Origin: Octopus sinensis
Taxonomy: Eukaryota
DNA: 64,000 nucleotides
Direction: 5' to 3'
Assembly (NCBI RefSeq): GCF_006345805.1
Contig: NC_043013.1
Span: 57,536,001 to 57,600,000, forward strand
The position numbers were made by a program, and so were the translations under genes. How positions within the stretch are numbered: position 1 is the first letter of the stretch; every line of letters begins with the position of its first letter. This document shows, in pieces, positions 49,330-60,551 of this stretch. The notes under the pieces were generated by a model, which was not told the origin of the DNA, did no database searches, and saw only the letters and a list, made by a program, of their open reading frames with translations.

Positions 49330-51540
49330 GTTATTATTATTATTATTAATATTGTTATTATTATCATCATCATCATCATCATGGAGAAGATGACTATTAT
49401 CATGTTGATAATGGTGATTTTCATGGTGAAAATGACGCTGGTGCTCATATTTTGTATATTTTTATGAATCACGTGAGAATGGTAAAAAAGCATAACCATC
49501 ATCATTTACAACATCTGCTTCTTCAGACAGTTTGTCGTCTCCAACATCCACATCATACACATCATGCTACCTCCTTCTTCTGCACCATCATTGTCATCAG
49601 CATCGTCGCTGTTGTAACGATGGCAACTACCATTCCTCTCACCACGTCTTTACCGTTTCATAACATTTTCCGACAGTTGTCTTCTCTCTTATTTGTTTCT
49701 TTTCTTTCGTTGAGTTCGATATGTGTGGCAAGGCATATCTATCACGAAACCACTTCGACACAACCATTATGACATGCGTCTGTAATAGAGCATTGAAAGA
49801 AGATGTTGGATGGGTTTCCTATGGCCGGTTGTTCTTCGAACTGAATTAGATTATGCTAGAAGAAACGACCACGGTGATGATTGTATCAGAATTCTAAACC
49901 AAAATATTTTTTCTCGTAAATTCTTAAAAGTTCAGGCACGGCCACATGGTTACAGCGTTCGCTTGACAACCGCCTGCCTGTAGATGAGTCCCAGCAGTGC
50001 AACAGTTTAGGCAAATGTCTTCTAAGATCGTTTTGTTAGTTATGCATTGCTTTGTTAAGTGTTCTTGATGGGCTCTTTACCTTAACCCCTAATTACACGC
50101 TTCCCGAACACTGCCACTGTTTGCCTCTCCTCTGGTAGACTCTTACAGCACTTTCTTTTCCCCATCGAAGTTTTCATCTCTCATCACATCGCCTGTAATC
50201 ACCACCCTCACTCTTATTCACGCTCCTTTTTGTGTGTGTGTGAGGGGCTCTTTGCCTTACATGTTACAAGGCAACATCCCTTGATCTGACGGTATGAAAG
50301 AAGTACCGACAATATTCTCTAAAACAGTTGGTCGTAGAAACAACAGCACGCCATGCTTCCCCAATCCATTGGATGCTGTCAAAACATCTAAGTCCATGCC
50401 AGGATGGTAATGAGACCGAAAAGGATGAGAATTATATATTGAAGTGCGAATGCGCGTGCGCGTACCTCACTTTGTACTGACATCGTGCGCGTCTCTAAAC
50501 GTATGCTTTCGATTGACTTTATGAATATTTATGTGCAAACACACATAGCAAAGCAGGCATACACACTCACAACACACATGAGATGGGTAACTTATGATTT
50601 GCCGGCGAAGATATTAATGTGTTTAATGTATATTCACGATGAAGTTTGTTAACACTATAATGCTTGGGTATGTGTGTGTGTGCGTGTGTGTTCATGAATG
50701 CCATCGTATAGATATGTACGTAGTGTAATACATTCTCATATTCATAAGACTACTGCATGGTGAGATTATTTCCGGGTTACTCCGTTTTAATTTCATCCAT
50801 GTCTTACTCGCCGCTTTCCACATTGGTAGCCAATAGACACAAGTTTACAAACTGTCAGACTGAACTTCAGTTTAACACCTCCTAGAAAGATAAATAATTA
50901 TAGCAGTGACCTCAGAGATCAGGGAATCGTTCAAAACATAAAATATTTACACCAGTAGTCATTTCAATAGATACATACAAACATCTAACTCCCTCTTGCT
51001 TTCTTTAGTATCTAACTCTATCGGCAATATGTGTGTGTATGTATAATAAATATGTATTAATCATTAAGTGGATATGCATTTATGCATATGTATATACATA
51101 TCTATCAGAAACATGCACATTTATATCTATCTATCTATATATCTATCTATATATATATATATAAAACATGCATTGAGTCGAAACAGGGGCAGCTGTTTGT
51201 CTTGTACTCTGTTTTTTCGTTGTTAAAAAAAGTCCGTTTCCTTGTTTGGTTTTATATCTTCGTTTCTCGTTGTGTTCTACGTTTATTTGTGGTGTCCTGT
51301 ACTCATATATGCATGTATATATACATATAGATGTAGGTATGGACATATATGTATGTATGTATGTATGTATGCATATGTTTTATTTATTAAATTATATATA
51401 TATATATATGTATAATAAGAGAAAATAATAACTTTAATGGTTTAAAAAAAACAATTATTTACGGGTAAATTTCGGCATGTAAATATAACCATTAACGGTT
51501 GGAACATCTATAGAAGTTCAATATATATTTTTGCATATAA

Positions 51541-51924
51541 ATAAAAGAGGCAGGCAATAGGTTGCTTAGCCACATACCGAAAAAATTAGAAATAGCAGTC
51601 AAAGACTGTTTATTTCTATTTTCTACAAATAAGACTCCACATACGACATATCCCTGTAATTCACATATGCAAAACAGAAGGAAGAAATAACGAAAGCAAA
51701 GTCTAATGGTTATTTACGAACGCATTTCTAGAGTAGGAATATAATATAAATTCCATGTCTTTCATCAGCGTAAACCACCACTAAAATAGATTTATCAAAT
51801 GCTACGTACCTCCACTTCTCGATCAGGCGACATCGAAGTCTCATTTGTAGAAAATAGAAATAAACAGTCTTTGACTGCTATTTCTAATTTTTCGGTATGT
51901 GGCTAAGCAACCTGTTGCCTGTCT

Positions 51925-51930
<6 letters not shown>
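51541..51930. mobile_element. Foldback element (95-bp arms), same family as 6537-7288, with an internal degenerate hammerhead at 51713-51774 (minus)
   Basis: Arms 51541-51636 and 51837-51930. Minus-strand interior reads tttacg-CTGATGA-...-GAAA-tgcg-TT-cgtaaa. Confidence 0.8.
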
Positions 51931-51963
<33 letters not shown>

Positions 51964-51969
51964 TATATA

Positions 51970-52108
51970 TAAGTTCAGTAAAAATTTAGATTCAGTTGAA
52001 TATGGTGCTTAAGTTAAAGGCACCAGAATTTGGTATGGTATTATCAATATAAATCAAAATGGGGTGATTATAATCAAAATAAGCAGCAAGGGTATCCAAT
52101 ATATATAT

Positions 52109-52170
<62 letters not shown>

Positions 52171-52310
52171 GTGAGTTGACTGTTTGCATATATATATATC
52201 AAAATAAGCAACAAGAATATCTTCCGTAATTTGATACGATCCTTTCACGATACATCATTTTATTAAACATTGTAAATATTACAACAGTTTTAAACTGTTC
52301 AGCCATTTAT
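51970..52310 (-). mobile_element. Fragments of the 28054-type pseudo-LTR split by (TA)n
   Basis: 51970-52097 is the reverse complement of 28280-28410. 52200-52310 restarts with caaaataagcaacaag and has a decayed core (CTGAACA...GAAAGGATCGTA on the minus strand). Confidence 0.6.
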
Positions 52311-52380
52311 AGAGGTTTTCCCTTAATACATATTTTTATATTAATTGATAACATTATAGAGAGGGTACATATATAGACAG

Positions 52381-52423
<43 letters not shown>

Positions 52424-52479
52424 GTGTGTGTGTGTATGCGTGTGTGTGTCTCTATGTTAGATTTAGACTACATCTACCA

Positions 52480-52960
52480 GAACTTTCAGTGGCAAAAGAG
52501 AGAAAGCGTGCTCCATAATGGTCTGATGGCCGTGTTCTTTTCCAACCCTGTCCAACTGATCTTCGTCCATTTGAGGTTTCTCGTATTACATGCTTACCGT
52601 GTAGTGTTGAAGCGTTTTGGTTTAAGAGTATTTTTAGCCTATTATTCGCCATTGGCTTATGATTATGCATTCATCCGTGCTATGTTTTATTAAGTGCACT
52701 CCTTGATGAACCTGTTACAGCATGGAAACCATACGTCAAAAAACAAGCTTTTGGCGAGAAAGTCTACAAAAGATTTGACCAGTGCATAACAAGCGTCTCT
52801 CATGCCATATCTATATTTAGTCTTGAAAAGAAGACGGTAAAGGTTTGGAAACTTTGAATATGAAAATACTTTGTTCGAAACAAAAGGAAAGAAAGTGATG
52901 CGAAAGAAAAACCTGTCGCCACAAAATTTATAACTGCAAAATATAAATAAACGTAAGCAG
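52480..52960 (+). mobile_element. Possible Penelope-like RT remnant
   Basis: FGEKVYKRFDQCITSVSHAISIFSLEKK...VWK aligns by eye with PLE RT FNGKFYKQ.DG.AMGSPLSP.LANIFM..LE....W.RYVDD. Confidence 0.35.
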
Positions 52961-53179
52961 CTATTTATATATGTACACACTCATGTGTGCGTATTTGCAT
53001 ACATGTATTTATGTGCGCATATGTTGGCGTATGTATGTGTACGTCAGGGTATATGTGCGTATGTGTTTTTTTTGTTTGTGTACATTTGCGTGTAGTTTAA
53101 CACATTCTGAATCTAGCATATCTGGCTTTCTTCTTCACTGACTGGTTCAATCAAAGTATGTATGTATGTATGTATGTAT

Positions 53180-53680
53180 GTCGGGTCGTCGGCGACTAAA
53201 CCAGCAACCCCACCAAGCTTTCTTGGTGAGGAGGGTGTTTATTGGACACCCTGCGGGATGAAAAACAAAACCCGTCAAAGGGCGGAGGAACTCTTGAGAG
53301 TCAACGGCCATCCAATAAATGTCTTAAGGCTGTATCATGCGCGGCGACATAGAAATAATCGGACTGAATACCCGATCGCGCGGTTAAACCATTGGGAGTG
53401 AAGGACTCCTAGCCTTTGTCAGGGCATCCTTCTAGGAGAAGGTAACTCAGGAAACTGGGATAACCCCGACATAAAACCTGCGGCTCAGTGGTTACGGATG
53501 ATGTCGACTTGCTCTTCTTTTCGGATTATGGCTGCTGTTGCTTAGTGAGTGGGATTGACTCAGTGCACAGCCTTTCCTCACTTTAAAAAAAATCTTTTTG
53601 CACTGGGATTGCACGATAATAACATTGATTAAGCTTCGCGCAATGGCCATACTCGATAACGAGGGGGCAGTCACCACCAT
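53180..53680 (+). mobile_element. About 500-bp non-coding element flanked by (ATGT)n; possibly a non-autonomous RTE derivative
   Basis: (GTAT)n on both sides. Contains ctaggagaaggtaactc, recalled as typical of RTE 5' UTRs. The first 95 nt are homologous to the arm of the 20971-21224 palindrome. Confidence 0.5.
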
Positions 53681-54521
53681 GTATGTATGTATGTATGTAT
53701 GTATGTATGTATTTATTCATCTTAATTATCTATCTATTTCTCTCTATATATATATATGTGCGTGTATGTGTGTGTGTGCGCATACGTGTGTGTGTGTATC
53801 TGTATTTCTCTACCTTAATTATATCTGTGTGCACGTCAGTCCGTCAGTCTCTCTCCCTATCTTTGGGGTTGTGCACTATGAATGATTACTAATGTTGGTG
53901 TCACTTTATACATTCGATTTTTTTTCCTATTTTCTTTCTTTATATCTTTATTCTTCCAACATAACCTTCCTCATTTAAAAATCAATTCTAATCAAAACGA
54001 AAATAAATTATGAAAAGCTTATAAAAAGCTAAAAAAGAAAACCATTAAAACCCAAACAAGCAAAATGTAAAAATTAATTCACCAAAAATTAACAAAAAAA
54101 TTAAGATTATTAATTAAATCAATGCATGGTTGGATTGATCAATAAGGTAAAAATGACGTAGAGACCACCTTTTGTGATTAATGATTTTGTTTTTATCGAA
54201 AGATAGAACACATTTTATGAAAAAAATTTGAAAATCACTTTTGTGGAGAAATTTTTTCTCGTCAAGGTAGACATACATCTTCATAAATTACGTCTGCAAT
54301 CTAAGATATAATACATCTATTTCCTTTTTAAATTTTTAGTAACTCGCCTTTCTTTTGTTTTAATATTCCCTATGTATATATATATATATATATATATTTT
54401 CCCACTTTTACTTGTCTTTCAGCTTGAAATGGTTCGTCACTACTTTTGCTGCGCTATTATGTGGGGAGATATCTTCCACAATGCACACATTTTAATACAT
54501 ACAAATATACATATACATGCA

Positions 54522-54565
<44 letters not shown>

Positions 54566-57013
54566 CATTCTTTCCTCTGTAACATTCTGGCTGTTTACTC
54601 TTTCCTACTTCATCTCATTTTTTCGACTTTTCTTATCTGCTTTTAAGAAATTTAATTTATAGTTTTATATGATTAAGTTCTTGTACTTGCTTCTTATTTC
54701 ACATTTGCTTTTCTTTCCTTTTTTTTATTACTTTTTAATTTTTTTAACCAAATTCTATTTTAATTTTTCAACGCCAGTTTTATCTTTAAAGTAAAAAATT
54801 CCATTGTGATACTTTGTTCAAAATTTATAATAAAATAATTTAATACAATTAAAAAAGTTTAATATGAAATCTCTGATTTTCTGCAATACTTTACTTTATC
54901 TATTTTATCTCTTAAAATAAATTTAAAAAAAACTTATATATATTTTTCTGAAATATTTTTATATATTTCTTTTGACTTTTTAAAAATCTACTTGATTAAA
55001 ATCAATGTCTTCTCTGAAAGCAATATTTTCAGAAATTTGGTTTCTTGAATGTTAATCAAGCAAATGAGATAAAAGTATAAATATACTCCTGGCTAGGGTG
55101 CTTGTCATGAATAGACAGCTTGACCTCCATTCCACGATCTTTCGTACCGATCAACTTTTTTTAACTTGATACTCTGAAACAAAATAGGTGGGCCGGTCAC
55201 ACATCTTTTTGTATTACGCTGTAGTGCCGTAAAGAAGGCAGAACACACAGGAGAATGTCATCCAGGGTACAACAGTTTTCATACTACAACGGTATTGTCT
55301 TTCTTGGAATTATTTTCTTTATCTGTTACACTGGTCAGGGATAAACAAAATGATTCCTCCTCCTTCAATATCTCGCACTAACCATTTCTCTTTTATCCTG
55401 TCAGTCCCAGGCATTATTCACTAGGACTAATTCATCCAGTTCCTACCCTTGATCCCTGACATTTAGCTCATTAACTCCTTCTTCCACTTCAACTAGACAA
55501 CACGTGACAACTCTTTCAAAAATAATTTTCCCAAAATATCAGTTTGCAGCGTTGGCGGCAGGAAATCCCAGTCAGACTTACAAAATCCCTCTTGCTTACC
55601 TAAACCCTCGACAGTTTCTTGAGATTCTCTTTTATACGCCACATCTAATTTTCACCGTGCAATATAGAATGCAGTGACTTTCTAAGAAACATACGTAACT
55701 GTAGAAATGGATGAGAACTTATAATAGCCATGCCAAGAGATCACCAGACTGGGCCATTCTTTTAACCCTTTTATAGAAAACTTAGTTAAAACTTGTTAAG
55801 TATCGTTAGCGAAAGAATCTGAACACTAAAAGTATGCTATCACTGTAAAAATTGATAACGCTATGCAAAACCGTTATCCATGGTTGTTGCTGCTTAGCCA
55901 TGCTAATTCGGTAGATCTAGGATTATCGAATTTTACCAGTGATTTTGTTGCCAACGACTACATTGATAACATGTCCTATTTGGGGTAGTATTTTACGATA
56001 TCAGAAAAATTTTGCTGCTATTTCTAAGAAACTGAACGCCTGACCTGAAGTTCACCCTTTAGCTCGGCTACACTAAAGCATTTCATTAAGTTTTCTCGAG
56101 TTTTTTCTCTGTCAGCAGAATGCAAACAATGAAATAGTAAATATGATTCAATCAACACCAGAATAATTTCGATTGCACAATGACTGATAGGAGAACTGAA
56201 CTTGTGATTGAGAGGTCAGTAGTTTTGAGGCATTTTATTTGGTTAGTGTCTGAATATTTCAGCTAGACTAGGCATAATAGCTGCTGAACAGCAAGCTCTA
56301 TACAAAGCTTAAATCTCACAATGCTCAGTGATGTATCGTGGTCAAGGACTACAGGAAAAATGATTACCGCATACTCAAGATGGTCGCAAATTGATATGTA
56401 ATCTGTATAAGTGTACAGTCATTTAATTGTTGTTCTGTAATGGCAAACATTTATTTATCCTCTATCTAACTACCTCATTGGGTGAAACACTTTTCCTGAT
56501 TCACATCTGAAAAGAATAATTCCATTCTGAGAACAAAATTCAATGCAAGAATATCAACTTAATTCGACAGTAAAGTTGTCCGTGCTAGCTTCTCGATCGC
56601 CGTTCCTTTGCATAGATTTTAAAGGATTTTATGAACATTTTGCTTAAATTTCAATTTGATATTTTACCTGTTGATTGTGGATTTAGTCAGACAGTAGTTC
56701 GAAATCAACTAGCACTGGGACGATGTTAAAGGTTTAAATTTTATATTTCTTTGGATTGAACCAAAAATTAGAGTTTTCAGTCGCAAATAGTTCAGAGTGA
56801 CTACAATGGTCAATACCCTTGCAGCTGTGTGCTGATGTCAACCACAAAGGTCGCGGCTCGTGCCCTTATTCTCTATTTAAAAGTTTAGTGATTTTTCAAT
56901 CTTTAAGGAAATATGTATGGTTCTTTTAATCCTATACATATATATGCTCACAGACAGACACACACACGTGTACATACACGTATATACATACATGCATAAA
57001 TATATATATATAT

Positions 57014-57044
<31 letters not shown>

Positions 57045-57048
57045 CATA

Positions 57049-57106
<58 letters not shown>

Positions 57107-57181
57107 CATACATATATATATAAGTATATACATATAATTATACATATACATACGTATATATATATATATACATATACATAC

Positions 57182-57231
<50 letters not shown>

Positions 57232-57644
57232 TTATGCTACAACGTACATACGTATTCATAGATGTAGGAATACATACGTACACAGAAGAAACACGCAGAT
57301 AAACAGACCTTCTCTATTTCTCAGAAATTATGATTGCTAAAAATACAATGTGGCCGAAAACAGAATCTATTATATATACGCACAAACAAGCACACACACA
57401 CACACACACATACACACACACACGCAAATAAACACAAGCACACTCATGTACACATACACACATATATATTTCAATATATATTTTGAATCTATTTTCGAGA
57501 GTGCTGAGCATTTACATATATTTATCTATATATGCTGACACATCCCATTTCTTTCGTTCTTACTCTCGACATATGTGTCTACATGTACAAAAATACATAC
57601 ATACACACACACACACATACACACACACACACACATACACACAC

Positions 57645-57692
<48 letters not shown>

Positions 57693-57789
57693 GTGTGTGT
57701 ATGTGTGTATGCAGTTTATATACACACGCACAAAGGCAGAGAGAAAGGGATGCAGAGTGTGTGAGTCGGAGATGAGATGGCATAACACG

Positions 57790-58090
57790 TTTACATCCAT
57801 TATATTTCCATTCTACCCCTATTATATTCTGTATGAAAGCCAGGCACAGGTGTGTAATTCTGCTTTAGAGAAGCAGCAGAACTCTCTTCTCATGTCTTTT
57901 CTTCTTCATATTGTCTCTGCTGTAAATTTTTTTCCCTTCTGGGAAGAATTCTGTTCAGCTATGCAGACATTCATGATAACTGTCTGCCGTTCACGACCCA
58001 GCTCCATGACATTGTCTTCTTATCTTCCTGCTGTAATCTGTTTAAAGGCTTTAAGTTATCTTTATTGAATTACAGCAACACTTCTCTGAG
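57790..58090 (-). mobile_element. RTE-like LINE linker fragment
   Basis: EDNVMELGRERQTVIMNVCIAEQ...KGKKFTAETI*RRKDMRRE (compare E.W..IK..I...AE...K.K.W.S.ET....RR). Confidence 0.35.
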
Positions 58091-58659
58091 CTTCTCTTTA
58101 TGTTACAATAGGAAGTAGTCGCAAGGAGGCAATAATCTGCTTCAAACAATCACGAATACACGAACATGTACACTCACACACAGTCACTAGTATACATGCA
58201 CAGACACGCGCACATGGCATACACATATATATGTATAGAAAGGTAGTACGCACGCTGACAAATGTGATAAGTACGTGCAGTTTGCCTGCATTTAGGTGTC
58301 TATATATATGTATACATACATAGATAATTATATAATATGTATTGCTATGTATGTATATATTTATATATACAGGCTTATACATAAAGACATACATCATTAC
58401 AATGCACACGTATATACATGTCTCTATTCATATTGTAATTGTGTCGATAAACATTTCGTAACGAAAATACTTTTTTGTGCAGAACGATTTTTGAGTGGGT
58501 TCAATGAAAGTAAAAAAAAAAGCAAACATACGTACACACGCACACACACACACATACATACATACACATACATAAAAGTGCTCTATAAATAAAGTTAACA
58601 GAAACAGGCACATAAAATTAGATTCACATTCTAAAATAAAGATTCATATATATATATGT

Positions 58660-58699
<40 letters not shown>

Positions 58700-59329
58700 A
58701 TACATGAAACCCTTGGTTGTCTTGTTAATCTACAAATAAAGAATATTTATGAACCAATGTAGTATCGTGCACCCATTCCCATTGTTCCATAGTAAGGTAC
58801 ATATATATATATTTCCTTTCTGTTTTTCTCTCCCACCCTTTCCCTATTCTTCTCCTCTCCCCTTCACTGTTCCCTCTCTCTCACTCTTCCTCCTTGACTC
58901 TCTCGTTGATCACACGTGACTAACGGCCATTCTCTCTTTCTTCCACTTTCTTCCTAACGACAAAACGTGCTTTTATCTGTCTGTTCTGAAAGCTCGTTTT
59001 TCCAGCGTTCAACACTTCACATTGTCTGGGCTTAACAGCTCTCACCGTCTGTTTTTACTGTTTTGTTTTCACTGTCCTGTTTTAGTTACCACTTTCACCC
59101 TCCGCAAAACATCCCAAATTTTATTTAATTTGCTTTACGGGAAGGACTGTTTTAATGAAGTCGCGTCTTGTCCTTACCTTCGAAACACGTAGTATATAAA
59201 ACAGGGGACAACTGATGAAGAGAATGCTTGTTTTTACTGATCTCGTTTCTCATTCTTTCCACGGTTTTTGATGTCCTGTACCCATATACGCATGTATATA
59301 TATATATATTATATATATATATATATATA

Positions 59330-60262
59330 TATGAAGTTATGTACCTACAAATAAAATCAGATTTATAAATTAAATGGACCGAAACACAACCATAACCCTC
59401 CTTAAAGGAGGCGAAAGTAACAAAGCTATACCAAAAAGCTTAAAATTAAACGCACAACTGTCTGGAAAATTGTCAAGAAATTTCAAGATCCACCGCTGAT
59501 TGACCTGGACGTGACCGAAAAAGAAGTGCGCAGATCTCTCAGCTTATCAATGAAAAGTAACAGAGAATAGATAAGGCGAATTCCTCGTCATTCCGTCAGA
59601 AAACTGGCTGCCACAGTAAAAAAATAAGCCGAATATCGATGTTTCGAATGTTGAAGGAGGCCCTCACGATCCAACCCAACAAAATGATTCGCTGTCATGA
59701 GCTCACGTAAGTTTATCAGGTCATGTGACTGGAGAGAAGCCGTCTTATTCCGCATCAGATTGCTGAAGGCTTGCTGTCCAATCACCGACAGTAAACCACC
59801 AGAATATTCGACTTTGGAGTGTATCTAGCTCCGTCAAGTGTAGATTTGTAAATCGACTTCAAAATTCATCGTCAGTTATGGTTTGGGTGGCTCTAACAGC
59901 GACTGAAAGGTCACCCCGCCCCGCTTTTGTGCCGTCGGGTGTTAAAGTTAACACCCACCAATACATTAGCGACATTCTGGAAGCTGAACTGTTTCCATGG
60001 GCGAATGGGCACTTTCAAGGCTCTCCCTGGAGCATCCAAAGCAGGACTCAGCTCCAAACAGACACAACTCAGGATTTAGGAAAACATTTCCGTCGTTCAT
60101 ATGCAAGGATGTATAGCCCCCAAGAGGCCCCGATCTCAACCTGTTGATCACCAAAACTTTAATCCATTTTGCGCTGGATAGAAAAATTTACCTGGTATAT
60201 ATTTACACCAAAACTTTAATCCATTTTGCGCTGGATAGAAAATTTACCTGGTATATATTTAC
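59330..60262 (+). mobile_element. maT/DD37D-like (Tc1/mariner superfamily) transposon remnant
   Basis: VMVWVALTATERSP..FVPSGVKVNTHQYISDILEAELFPWANGHFQGSPW, then gccccgatctcaacctgttgat (compare SPDLNPLD). Frameshifted. Confidence 0.85.
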
Positions 60263-60289
60263 ACAAATTTTACGTCATGATTCTACCAT

Positions 60290-60316
60290 CACCATCATCA
60301 CTACCACCTACTACTA

Positions 60317-60367
<51 letters not shown>

Positions 60368-60506
60368 CACTAATACTACTGCTACTACTACTACTGATAC
60401 TACTACTGCTGCTGCTGCTGCTACTACTACTACTACTACTACAGCTTCCACGACATGTGTGTGTGTATGTGTGTGTGCATATACATACATGCATACATAC
60501 ATACAT

Positions 60507-60545
<39 letters not shown>
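60290..60545. repeat. (CTA)n/(CTG)n then (TG)/(CATA)/(TA)n compound microsatellite
   Basis: Read directly from the sequence. Confidence 0.9.
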
Positions 60546-60551
<6 letters not shown>

